Shown here one piece after another: positions 45,709 through 62,098 of a stretch of 64,000 nucleotides of DNA. The notes beneath the pieces were generated by a model, which saw only the letters and a list, made by a program, of their open reading frames with translations, did not search any database and was not told where the DNA came from. The stretch is from the human T2T-CHM13v2.0 reference genome, Homo sapiens. The DNA lies in NCBI RefSeq assembly GCF_009914755.1, contig NC_060935.1; one strand, given 5' to 3'. The position numbers and the translations under genes are program-made. Position 1 is the first letter of the stretch. Each line of letters begins with the position of its first letter.

Positions 45709-48700
45709 AGCTGGTTTGGTGTTTGGTCATTGAATACTGTCTAACTGGCCGGTTGCTCCTAAGATGAACTAGGAATGAAGTTTCATCTGATACTTCCACT
45801 CCAGACATATGTGCTTTTGATTCTAGTTATCAGGGATTCATTAGAAATTTTATATTTATTTTTGCTTTGTTGATGGATAGAGATTAGGGTCTCCCAGCAA
45901 AAAGCAAAAGATTGTGAGGCTGGGGATTGGCCCTCACAATCGTTGTCTCCTGCTGAGCAGAGATTGGGCTAAAGATGGGGAGTGTTCATCACTTCTTTCT
46001 TGGGATGTCCCCTGGCCCCCATCTGTTGGAGCCTGGTCTGAGAACCAAAAGCTGCCCCATTCCACTAGGACTTGCTTGGACTAGCCATGCTGTTTGGTGA
46101 TTCTCATGTCTCAGGCCAGAGGGATAGGAAGGTGAACATTCTGGCACTGTCAATGCATCACTGGTCAGTAAACGGGTGGCTACTGGCAAAGTGTCCAACC
46201 AGAGAGCTAGTAAGACACTAATCATCCTATTGATTCTCCATCTTTCTCTCCCCACCCTTCACCCACAGTCAATGGGGTGACAGAGCCCAGCATCGAGGCA
46301 GCCAATTAATCACCTTGAGAATGAGCCACCACATGTAACATCTTCTGCTCCAGTAGCTACATCCAATCAGCTCATAGATCTGGCATGTGGGCTGTGTTGC
46401 CCAGGTATGAGAAACTGAGGCCCAGGGCCAGAGACCCCCGCAGTGCACTAACTCCTGATCATCAGTACAAATCTTGGTCTTCTCCCAAGGAGACTTTTGC
46501 TCCATCGAGGGTATGAGAACATCCAGAATTTCCCTCCCACCTGTTATACCTCCTGGAAGCTGCTTCCTCCCCTCCTCTTGACACTTAAGCCAGTTGCCTC
46601 TCATTCTGTCCTAGCAGAGAGGAGACCAGAAACACTCATGTCTTTATAAGTGCTTCCGGGAAGCTTGCCAAGTCTCTTGCCCATCTCCGCTTCTCTCCTG
46701 CAGCCTTCTCTATTCACCAACAAGTACACTCAGTTCTCATTTCCTTTTCCCATTTACCCCGTTTCTCAGTGATGTTATTTCTACTAAAAAGATTCCATCA
46801 AAGGTGCTGAAAGTGCCCAGCCTGAACCCTTCTGTGAGTTTGTGACTGGCACTGCTTCAAAGCCATGGAGTCTGTCTCCTGCCATCCTGGAAAGGAGGCT
46901 GCCTTTCCTCTGGACGTTGGCAACCTGGCCTCAAGGATCTCAAGGGCACCTCCCAGGAGTGGACACTCAGTGGTTTTCTGAATAGCTCAGGCAGACTGGC
47001 TGCACTCAGAGGCCAGGATATGGGCATAGGGGAGATTCCCTTCAGAGAACACGAGGCAGAAAAGTTGCCTGGTTGGGTGAAGGAGGGGGAGGAAGAGCTT
47101 GCAGAGAGGTGCAGTTCAGCATTCACCAGCCAGATCCTCTTCCCTCCCCCACCTCCCCCCAGCTTCTGAATCAATACATTTTGAATCTAATCTAATAACA
47201 GAGATTTAATGAGGGGATAATGCATGTGGAGCCGCCAGGCGCTTTGTCTCTTCTTTCATGCAGCAGCTGGGGCCCATTATCTGGGGACAATGCCCCGTGC
47301 TAATCACTCCCTCTCTCTCCTCCCTCCCAAATGTTTGGGGAGGGGAGGTGAGCGAAAGAGGGCAGCTCCTCCCTTGATTGGAGGGAAGTGGAAGGGTGGA
47401 GGGGGGAGGATGAAGTCGAGAAGGTTCTGGATGGTTCCCACACAATAGTCTTGACCTGACGCCAACTCACTGGTCTTCTTCCCGGGCCACACTGTGCACC
47501 CTGATCAGTGAGAGGTTGGGGGAGCCCTACCAGTGCATACAAACAGCAGATAATTAATTATCAGCTGCAGTATCAGCTCTGGAAGTTGGGTATTTTTTTT
47601 TCTTTTTTCTAACTTGGTCCTCTATAATTTAAGCTATCCCATTGAGGCCTGTGATTGGCCAGCCCTGACTGTCATGGTTAGAGAATTAAACCCTGGTTTT
47701 AGAGACCAAGAATATCCCTCTCTGAAATAGAAGCCTGATCTATATTCTCTTTCTACTATCTGGAGGCATGGAGTTTAGACTGTAGGAAGAACTTTCTGAT
47801 AATGCTATTACTAACATGAATTAGATCGGGAGTGGAAAGGGAAGGATTGGAATCTCATTTCCTAGAAGACTTTAAAAAGAGACCTTTATCTGTTGAGGTT
47901 GGGAAGGGGCAGATCAGGAAGAAGAGAAGATCTGCCTTGATTTCCTATCAGAGGTCCAGTTGGGAGGGCTCCCAGAGCTGGCACACCCGAAGCCTGACCA
48001 CTCCTATTCATTTTTTGAAACATACTTATTGAGGACAGTGAAAGAGTGCCGTGTGAACAGGGAGATTCAAAACTTGAAATCTGGCCCCAACACAGGCTAG
48101 CTCTGAAACCCTGGACAAGCACTTAGCTGCCCTGTACTTCAATCTTCTCACCTGTAAAATGGGAATCATATTAGTACATGGCTCATAGGTGTGGTGGGGA
48201 CCGTGCTCCCAATATGGAGCAAAAGTCCAGGAAATCATGAGGCTGTGGTGGGGAGACGGCTAGAGGCGTATCGGCCCTTCTCGGATGGCTCACATCTCAT
48301 TCTGAATGGGTGAGAACTGCTCATAGGGCACTGTGGAGGAGAAGCCTTTCTCCTTCATGTCCCCATTTTACAAATGAGCGAGTGAGATGAACTGGTCACT
48401 CAGCATAAGCCCAGAGGGGGATGAAGCTCCTGTCCCTATCAGGCTGAATCCAGACCTCTGTGTCCAACACTTTCCTGACTCTTTTCTCCCATTACCACCT
48501 TCCCTCCTTTGCCTCTGCACACTCAGAGCTTCTTTGCACACGGTTCCTCCCTAAAACCACACCTTTGAGTTCCTGCTCTGGGAAAGCCTATGGGATACTG
48601 GCAAACTTTTCTGTGCTCCTCCTATGCAACACCACCTGCTGTGTCCCTGTATCTGCAAAGAGAGCTAAACTCTTGGCAGACAGACACATCATGAGTATGA

Positions 48701-49614
48701 CAGCTGGGACTAGGGGAGCCTGGAAATTCACCACCATGAGCCTGGGAGAACTCCAACCCCCCCTCCCAACCCCCGTCCCACTTCAGATGGAAAGAAGTAT
48801 CCATCCTAAAGACCCCAGTGAGATGTCAATCTTTGGCCGGGGCGGCCACAACCCTGCCTTCTAAGTGGTTTCCACAAGGTGGCAGCAAAGTCCAGAAGTT
48901 CTATGGAGGGGCCTTTAGGAACTATTTTGTTGCCCCCTTCCGTCCCCCAGCCTCAAAATAAAACCCTCATCCCTCTCCAGGGGCCTTTGAAGCCCCCTTC
49001 CTTCAAGGCCAATACTTTCCTTTGGGCCATCATTAAGGACTGTGCTCCAGAGTGCTTTGGAGTGCTTTTACTCTATTCTGATGCTCTGGCAGAGGCCAGC
49101 CCCCAGTCCCCACCCCATCACACACCTGTGCCCATGCAGATCCCCCAGCAACTCAGCCTCCTACTTATGTGCTCACACCTGGACCTCACCTTCAGCTACA
49201 CGTGTAGTTAGTTGCTCCAGCTATTTCCCTTTCTGCTGTTGCAATGAAGATATTGATGCCTGATGGCAAAGAAGGCCATTTTACCCCAAACCCACGTATA
49301 CAGAGGCTACAGACTCTCTGCCTTTCTCTTCTGCCCATGTCTCTAAAGCCCCAACTCCAGCTCATCTCACACTGGCTTTGAGGTGCTCCTCAATGGTCCT
49401 AGGAAATGAGGGGCAAGAGTGAGGTGCTGCCCGGAGCAGGAGCTGGGGGAGGACGAGGTCCGTGGTTAGATGGGGAGGACGCGACCCTGGGAGATGTTCA
49501 CTCATCAAAGGGCTCCAGGGCAAGGACTGGAGAGAGGAAGTTGGTTCTAGGTAGGGTTTTCGTGACATGATTGCCTCACCCATCCCATGGCAGGTGCTGT
49601 TGCTCCTGCTAGCT

Positions 49615-49863
49615 GTGTGGACTAGTTTCCTGTTGCTGCCGTAACAAGTCACCAATGTGAAACACAAATTTGTTATCATACAGTTCTGGTGGTCAGAAGT
49701 CCAACACATGGATCCACAGGGCTGTGTTCCTTCTGGGAAATCTAGGAGAGAATCTGTTTCCTTGCCTTTCCCGGATTCCAGATGCAAGACACCTGCACCT
49801 GTATTCCTCAGTTCGCAGTCCCTTTCTTCAGCTTCAAAGCCAGGAGCTCAGTACCTTTGACTC

Positions 49864-49906
<43 letters not shown>

Positions 49907-50160
49907 TGTGTGTATCTCATCTCTGCTTCTCTGCTTTGCTTTGTCACATCTCCTTCTCTGACTCTCCTAACTCCATCTTTCCTTTATAAAAACCTTTGTG
50001 GTTATAAAGGGCCCATCTAGATAATTTAAAATAATCTCCTCATCTCAAGATTCCTAAATTAATTACACTACAAAGTCCCTTTCATCTTGCACCTTAACAT
50101 AATCACATGTTCTGGGGATTGGGAAGTGGGCATCTTTGGGGGCCCATCATTCTGTCTACT
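49615..50160 (-). mobile_element. MLT1-type LTR containing (CT)n(GT)n at 49864-49913
   Basis: tagtttcctgttgctgccgtaacaagtcacc..cagttctggtggtcagaagtcc. Confidence 0.7.
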
Positions 50161-50491
50161 ATCCCGAGACCTTAGGCACTTTGCTTTACTTCCCTGTTTC
50201 CTCACCTGTAAAGGTGACATCATAAAAGCACTGCCTTATGGATTGCTGTGAAGAATAAAGGAGCTGATACAGGTAAAGGGTCTGGCACAAAGTAAATGGT
50301 TGACAAATTTCAACTATGGTTTTATTATTGTTCGTATGTATAAATCTAGAAGCTTCCTGCACAACAAAGTTGAGGTATGGTTCATCACAGACCCGTTGAA
50401 TTAATACTGTAAAGGAAATAATACTTTTTATCAGGCATTTGTGTAAAATGGCAACTTTGTGGTGATGAATATTGAGTTCCTTTACAACTTT

Positions 50492-51006
50492 GTTTTTTTA
50501 GACAGAGTCTTGCTCTGTCACCCACGCTGGGGTGCAGTGGCACAGTCTTGGCTCACTGCAACCTCTGCCTCTGGGTTCAAGCAATTCTCCTGTCTCATCC
50601 TCCTGAGTAACTGGGATTATATTTATTTAATCTCATGCACCATGCGATGGCAATGAAGGTTTACCCAAAACCCATGTATACACAGGCTATGGAGGACTCT
50701 CTGCTTTTCTCTTCTGCCCATGTCTCTAAAGCCCCAAATCCAGCCCATCCCACACTGGCTCTGAGGTGCTCCTCAATGGTCCTAGGAAATGAGGGGCAAG
50801 AGTGAGGTGCTGCCCAGAGCAGGAGCTAGGGGAGGGCAAGGGTCCTCCCCCAGCCAGGTCCACACCTGGCTCATTTTTGTATTTTTAGTAGAGATAGGGT
50901 TTTGCCATGTTGGCCTGGCTAATCTCAAACTCCTGGCCTCAAGTGATCTGCCCACCTCGGCCTCCCAAAGCGCTGGGATTACAGGCGTGAGCCACTGTGC
51001 CCAGCC
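50492..51006 (-). mobile_element. Alu interrupted by a non-Alu insert (~50622-50860)
   Basis: Both halves lie within one TSD CCTTTA(C/T)AACTTT. Confidence 0.88.
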
Positions 51007-51190
51007 CCTTTATAACTTTAGAAGAAGAGAATAGAAAAGCAGAGTCATGGAGGTAATGATTCCAGGACACCAGACTGGCAGGAGACAGATGGTCAGGCCA
51101 AAGACGACCTCTGTCTTTTCCCTACCTCCTCCTACTCCCAGGATCTGCTCATCTTCCTGGGAAGATGAGGGGTTTAGATGGTGGTAAGCA

Positions 51191-51488
<298 letters not shown>

Positions 51489-52171
51489 TGAAGCAAGAGG
51501 TGTTAAACACAGAATGGGTGTAGAATTATTCACTCAGAAGCCTTTAACAGAGACACCCACCCCTTCCAAGCCTCTCCTGTAGAGGCAGGAGATGGACAGG
51601 ATGACCTCTAGAGACCTTCTGAGCTTCAGGTCCAGGAAATCCTGCCTTTCCATCTGCGTGACACCTAATCAAGGGCTCAGGCTCCAGCTCTGTGCACTCC
51701 ATCCTTTCTTCTTGGTCAACCCTTCCACCCCCCCTGCCCTTTTCCCCCAAGGGCTCGTTTTTCTGGTTCTTACTAATGAAACTCAAATCCATATGGGCTT
51801 GTCTTTGGGCTTAAAATTCCCATGAGGTGTTCACTCCTAAAAGTCCCCTGAAGGTGAGCAGAGCATTTCTCCTCCTACTTTGTCCTCAGCCACGATGTGC
51901 TCTCTCAATGCCCTCTCCTACGTCTGTACTCTCCCAACAACTGTAATCCATGTGTTTATTGTTGGGTGATTTGTTTAGCATTTATCTGGCTCCCAGCCTG
52001 TAAGTCTTGGAGGCAAATATTTCACACCCTCTTTTCCACTCACACATCCCTTGACACACAGCTCACGCTTTGTATTTAGTGAGCATGGCAATGAATGAAT
52101 GGACTGGGGCTGGGAACAGGGACATGGACCATGCAGAAGGAAGACCATATCTAAAACCCTTCTCTGGGCTA

Positions 52172-52589
<418 letters not shown>

Positions 52590-52926
52590 CTAGTGGGTTT
52601 GGGGCTGTGTCTTCCAAAACCATGATCCCCTGTGGCAAGGACTTGACTGGATTTTACCCAGTGCCATATCGAGTCCTGCACGGTATGCTGGGCATAGGAC
52701 AGAGGCTCAATCTTTGTAGAATTAATGAAGTGGGTGCTAGCGCAGGTTCTCTTGAAGTCCATTTCCTGTCAGGATGACCATAAAAGTTATCATCCAAACC
52801 GGAGAGTTTCTGTCCTGGAAAAAGAAGTGCATTGACAATTGCACATAGACGACGCCCTCAGGTGGGGCTGCCCCAGGCACGCAGGGCATACGGTGACGCT
52901 ACCTCTCAGGTTCTCCCCTTCTTCCT

Positions 52927-52968
52927 CAGCTGAGACCAGAGCCCCAGCTGAGACCAGAGACCCAGCTG
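52927..52968. repeat. 18-bp tandem repeat, 2.3 copies
   Basis: Unit CAGCTGAGACCAGAG(C/A)CC. Confidence 0.9.
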
Positions 52969-54147
52969 GGTGGGCTGTGAGCTTCTGATTCCCAGGGATT
53001 CTCTGACCTGCCCCCTAGAGTCAAGAGATCTCCGGCTAGGGGAGGAGGGGAGAGGTCTCAGCAAGGCCCTTTGTCCACTGTGGGGTCATGGCTTTTCTCC
53101 TGAGGTTCGCCTCAGGTCAGAAGAATTTCCTGTGGGGTCACAGGTCAAATGCCACATGTCCTCAACAGAGCTAGGAGGAGATCTAGCCCTGCCTCTGCCC
53201 TCCCCTCCCCCAGGAAGAAGGATGGGCTGATTCTGGAGCAGGAAGCAGCCGCTGAGAGGGTCAGGAGCCCTGGCCTGCAGGCGGGGAGGGGCTCTGAGGG
53301 AATCCCCTCTCCCTCCCCGTCACCCCACCACCCCCCACCGTCAGAAGGACAGGGTTCTGGTCACTCCCTCCACCCTTACCCAGAAGGCATCCTTGTACGT
53401 GGGGTGGGTGGAGGGGCGCTGCTGGCAAAGGGGACATGCTCCGTGGGGTGGAAAGTTGGCTCTATGGAGCTGAGTTGACAAGGGATCCCCAGATAAGCCA
53501 TTGCCTTGAAAGTCTATTTTTCAATAATAATCCCATTTGTAGAGGAGAAACCCATATACTTCCCTGCAGAGTAAAGAGAATGCGCAATTGCTTTTGCTAA
53601 AGGGGGAAATAGATTTGGGTCTCTTCAGAGCTTCCTGAAAGCTCCCTGGGGGTTCCCAGAGTTTGAGGGTGAAACAGAAATCCCTCTAGGGCCAGGCCAT
53701 ATCTAAGCAGCAGCCCCTCTAAGGGGCCCGATGTCAGAGAGATGGTGGCAAACGGGGTAAGAAGCCCTGCGCCAAAGGTCTACTATGATGTATGCTGGGA
53801 TGTGGGATCAGCATCACCATCTCCCGCTTGTGTCTGGGGCCCCAGCTTTACAGCATTGCTGTGTCAGGTTGCAGAGGTTGTGTACTGCACAGGCCTGGGT
53901 GCACCATTTACATAGACTCTGATGTGAATGGGCCCCTGGAGTTGTACCACTTAGGAAGCTCTCATCACATGGCTTTACACATGCTAGTTTCTCTGCCTAG
54001 AATGTCATTCTGGTAAGTTCCTACTCAACCTACAAGACCCAACTCAGAGTTCATCTCCTCCACGGAGTCTTCATGTCTTCCTCTTTGGCTCATGTATCAT
54101 GCCCACACAGACTTCTGTTCTGTGACTTACTACACAGTGTTCCAATG

Positions 54148-54457
<310 letters not shown>

Positions 54458-55709
54458 TGATCTATTTAAGTGTTTGTCTTCCCCACTCTTCTCAGAGTCT
54501 TAACCTCCCCCATGTCCCTGCCTTCCTAGCACAGTGGCTAGAATATGGAGGCACGGAGTGAATAATGATGACTGAGTATTGGAGCTGGAAGGGCCTGTGG
54601 GGGATCCCGAACCCTTTTGTTGTACAGAAGAAGAGACTGCAGCCCAGGCAGGTGAAGTGTCTTTCACTTTTGCAGCAGATGGGAACATGCAGGATAGATT
54701 CAGGCAGTGATGAGCCCTCAGTACTGTGGACAGGGCAGTCTTACAGGAATGAGAGTGGTCTCTATTCTGAGAACCCTTGGAAACTGGGACCCAAACCTTC
54801 TTTTTAGTAGGTTACTCCCTCCTGTCCTCTTCTCTCTCTCCTCTCATTTCCATTGCTGGGTATTTTAAAGGCTATTTTGACTCTCTCTGTTGTAATAAGA
54901 AACTAGCAATTAACTATTATAAGGCTGTTTTACAATCGTGTGGAAGCCCCTTTTATCCACGTTGCTTTAAATGGTTACATCTTTTATCCCTAGTTTTCAG
55001 GAATATAAAACTTTACAGCGTTTGCTGCAAACCTTCATACTTTGCTTTGCGGTTTATTGCTCCCTCTGCAGATATATCTTTCACATAAATAAGACTTTCA
55101 TCTGTACAGTACTGGGCTTCATCATTGCAGCTCCCTGTGATTTCATCAGTGGAACTTGGCCTTGGAGCACAAGGTGATTCACATGGAGCCCCCAGATCCC
55201 CTGTCCTCTGATCAGGGCTACAGCAACAACCCTGGGATGAAGGAGGTCATGGACTCCAGAGAGAGGGAGGCATGGTGCAGAGTCCTGGAGGGGGTTCCCC
55301 CCATTCACCCTGTGCCTGATCTGAGGTTTGGTTCCCCGGAGACACAGGTCGAGAGTGTCCTGGCTTCTCCCATCTTTGGGTGGAGAAGTCTTCCCTGGAG
55401 GTAGCTAGGGAATGGCAGAAATAGGCTTACTCAGAGCTCCCCGAGTCATGCCTGGGCAGAGGATGAACGAAGCTCATGGGCAGCCACTGCTCTGGCCATC
55501 TTGAGGTGCCAGTCTGAGGGGCAATCTGAGCAGAGGCACCATCTGGAACAGCCATGGTGGCAGGGAGGACCACACAGACTCCTGGGTTTGAACTGATTTT
55601 CTGTTTTACTGAATTTGGAGTGTTTGGATCAAACACAAAAATGGATGAATGAATAGCACCTCATATGGTGGCCATGAGAATGGCCTCCCCTGCACCCCCA
55701 ACTACAGTG

Positions 55710-56110
55710 GGTGTAATGGATCAAGGACCCTAGCACTGCTCTGAAATCCATGGCAGCCCATGGCTGCTTTTGTGCCAAGGCCATGCTGCTCCTAGCCAGT
55801 GACTGAGCAGGACAGGGATGCTAAGGGAGGCCTATTCCTGGGAGACAGGGGACTCCTCTGAGGGCTGACAGGCTGGAGGACTCCCCAGTGGCCTTGCCAA
55901 AGCTTCCTTATGCTGCCTGGCAGTCTGGGAAGATCCTGCCCAAGCTTCCTTCCCTCCCTCCTTCACTCACGTCAGCACTGCATCGCAGTCTGACAGCTCT
56001 CACAGCCTTCCTTGGCTCCCTCCCCATTTCCCTCACAGGCTTTTGCCCTAATAAAATCCTTGCACATTTAATCCCGTCTTGGCATCTGATTCTCAGAGGA
56101 CCTGGAATAG
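55710..56110 (+). mobile_element. LTR16-like ERVL LTR
   Basis: ..ctaataaaatccttgcacatttaatcccgtcttggcatctg..ctcagaggacc terminal motif. Confidence 0.65.
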
Positions 56111-56764
56111 AGCATCTCTCATTTACATAAAGAGAGGACATTGTATGTATGAGTGTCACTGTTAGAGATTCTGTGTCTCCATATTGTTTGTGTAGATAGT
56201 TGTTAGGAAGACACAGAGACAGGTAGAAGTGGCGTGTAAATGTTTATTTGCAGTGCTGGAAGCAAAGGTGTATGTACCTCTAGGTATAGACATACGTAGG
56301 TGGGTATAAGTCAATAGCTATAAATATACTTTTAAACTTGTCATCCAACACTTGGGAATCAAATGCTAATTAGCTGGTGTTGTTATTATATATGTGGGAA
56401 GAGTAATGCATGTGTAGCTATAATAATAATCTAACATATACATCTTTATTTATACACATGATTTTACTTAATCCTCACAACAACTCTGAGAAGTTCAATT
56501 ATGATTTCTATTTCACAGTTGAAAAATGGAGGCCAAGAGAGGTATTCCAGTAGCAAGTGGCAGAATCTGGATTCTTCTGCAGATAATTGTATGTATATTA
56601 AGCTAAACAATTAATGTGCATGCATAGAGAGGAACAGGTGGGATAGGTGGATAAAGTGTATGTATCTGAACATATGTGGCAGCTATGTGTGGACCAGCAA
56701 ATAGATTAGGATATATAAACTTCTTCCTACAATCTTGTCTGTAACTCAGGACTGAGGATATGAT

Positions 56765-56834
56765 TGTGTTTGAACCTGAGCTCAGACTGTGTTTGAACCC
56801 CAGCTCAGACTGTGTTTGAACCCCCAGTTCTGAA
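56765..56834. repeat. 23-bp tandem repeat, 3 copies
   Basis: Unit TGTGTTTGAACC(TG/CC)AGCTCAGAC. Confidence 0.9.
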
Positions 56835-57379
56835 AACTTATTTCACTGCTCAGCAGTGAAAAACCCCATTGCCTCCTCTTATTCATCTCATCACCTGGAT
56901 TCAAGGAATCCATGAGTTAGCTCTAGCACTTGGCATCGTCAGTAGCAGATAATGATGCATATATCACTTTGTGTTTTGTATAATTGTTCTCACGTCTTGT
57001 TTTCAAAACTAAACTGCTCTTGCTAAGATCAATACAGACTTCCTAGTTGTCCAATCCAATGGAAACTTTTCAGTGCTCCCTCTCTGTGACATTAACAGTG
57101 TTGAGCACACTCTCCCAAATCTCTTCTCTGTGGCTCCTTTGATGCCACCTTGTTCTGACTTTCTTCTCCTCTATCTGGGCGCCTCCCTCTCAGTCTCCTC
57201 TTGGCTGCCCTTTGTCCGTTCTGAGGCAGACACTACTTGTTGCCTACCTAACAGTTTTCTTCCCTTGCTCCTTTCTGATGGAATTCTGATTTTGGCCAAG
57301 CATCCCCCTTCCTCTGAGTGGCAATGGAGTTCCTGAGAGTTGAGCCCAGTCCTTGCAATGAATCCTGGTCAGTCTAAAC

Positions 57380-57880
<501 letters not shown>

Positions 57881-58176
57881 AAGCCAATCATGGTGAGTGA
57901 GTGGTCTCGTTCCCCTTTCCAGTAATTGGATTAGGCACGGATATGATAAAATTTTTGCAAATGTGAGATGAGAAGCTTGCTGGAGGAGAAGGTCTCAGAG
58001 AGATTTCTTTGCTTCTAGAAGAGACATGAAGAAGAGATGAGCCCTCTTCATCTGATGAACACTGTGGTGCCGACGTGGTGCCTGGGACTGTGGTAGCCAG
58101 GTTTGATAGTGAGGAACAGCCTACAGGCAAGCCAGCATGTTGAGAATGGCAGAGCAGAAAGATGGAAAGGGTCTTC

Positions 58177-58615
58177 TATGGGCCGAATTGAGTGCTCCCA
58201 AAAGGAATGTTGACATCCTCACCTCCAGCACCTCAGAATGTGACCTTATTGATATAATAAGTAAGACCATTGCAGATGTAATTAGTTACACTGTCTTACT
58301 CGAACAGGGAGGGCCCTGCATGCAGCATGACTGGTGTAACAAGAGGAGAGAGACACTCCAGAAGAGGAGGGCCGTGTGATGGCAAAGGCAGAGGCTGGAG
58401 GGGTGCATCCACAAGCCAAGAAATGCCAAGGACTCCTGGTAACGCCAGAAGGTGGAAAAGTCCAGGAAGGATTCTCCTCTGCCAGTTTCAGAGAGAGTGT
58501 GGCCCTGATGACACCTTGATTTTGACGTCTAGCTTCCAGAACTGTGAGAATACATTGTGGGTTTAAGCCATCCAGTTTGTGGGACTTTATTATAGCAGCA
58601 CTGGGACACTAATAC
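58177..58615 (+). mobile_element. MLT1B/C LTR
   Basis: cctcagaatgtgacctta..acaagccaagaaatgccaagg..ttccagaactgtgagaat. Confidence 0.75.
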
Positions 58616-59149
58616 CAGGACCTCATGATCTAGAAACTAACCCTACAGACACCCTGGACTGAGACCGCTTGTTATGTGAAATAACTTTCCTTATCATTGA
58701 AGCTAGTTGAATAGCAGTATGTTTTTGTTTTTCAATTACTGGCTTGCTACAGTTTTCTGACTGATAACCCTTAGGTCTTCGTGTTCCTCAGGGTCTGCTC
58801 TTGGTCTCCTCTCTTCTAACTTTACAGCTGGGGAGACCTCATCCACTCTCACAGCTTCAGATACCACCCAATGGGCTCCTAACCCTCAAATCTGTGTCCC
58901 CAACCCAGACTGCACTGTTGAATTACATATCTAGTTTCTATCTAACATCGTCCCCTGGAGATCCCCCTCAAACTCAGCATGTGCGATTTCAATTTGCTAT
59001 CAACCCCCTCCTACAAGCTGTACTTTCTATGTTTCCTGTTTCAGTGAATGTCACAACTACCGACTTAGGGGTCCCAACAACATACCTGGGTGTCATTCCA
59101 TCTTTTTTCTCTCATGTCTAGAACATCCACAAGTTCTGGGTTTGTTTTT

Positions 59150-61039
<1,890 letters not shown>

Positions 61040-61249
61040 TGCTCCTCTTCTTATAAAGCCATTAGAATATTGGATAAAGGCCCATCCTACTTCTATAGGA
61101 CCTCATCTCAACTTGATTACATCTGCAAGGAACGTGTTTGCAAATAAGGTCACATTCTAAGATAGTGAGAATTAAGATTTTAACCTATCTTTCCTAGAGG
61201 ACACAACTCAATCCATAAAAATCTTATTATAGTATCATAACTAATGCAT

Positions 61250-61670
61250 TTATATCAAAATGCTTAAAGCCAAGAAAATCTTTTAAGAAGAATAACAAGA
61301 TTGGAAGATGTACACTATTGGTTATCGAGACTTATTACATAATCACATGCAAACACAGGTAAATATACCAACAGAACAAAATAGAAAATCCAGAAGTAAA
61401 CTCAAAACATACAGACACTTGATTTAGGTGAAGGTGGCACTGCACAGTGATAGTGAAAGGACGGTCCCTTTAACATACTGGGCTGCACATGGAGAAAAAA
61501 ATGTATCTTGATCCGACTTCACATCGATCACAAACATCAATTCTAGATGACTGATACATCTAAATGCACAAATTAAAATGACAAAGTTTTTAAAAGAAAC
61601 AGAGAATACTTTCATGATCTTATAGTAGGCAAATATTTTTTTAGCTGGACACAAAAAGCATCAACTATTT
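61250..61670 (+). mobile_element. Old L1M ORF2 fragment
   Basis: aaaatagaaaatccagaagtaaac..gacacttgatt..aaggtggcactgca. Confidence 0.65.
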
Positions 61671-61771
61671 TGGTGATGTGTTACATTCACAGCCCTCAAT
61701 GAAACACACCTGATTGTATTCACCGCCTTGTGTGGTCCCTTAAATCTGGGCTGGATTTGTGATTCTAATCA

Positions 61772-62098
<327 letters not shown>

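Noticed and set aside
56765-56834. CRISPR-like array
   Set aside because: Tandem units have no unique spacers, and the DNA is human.
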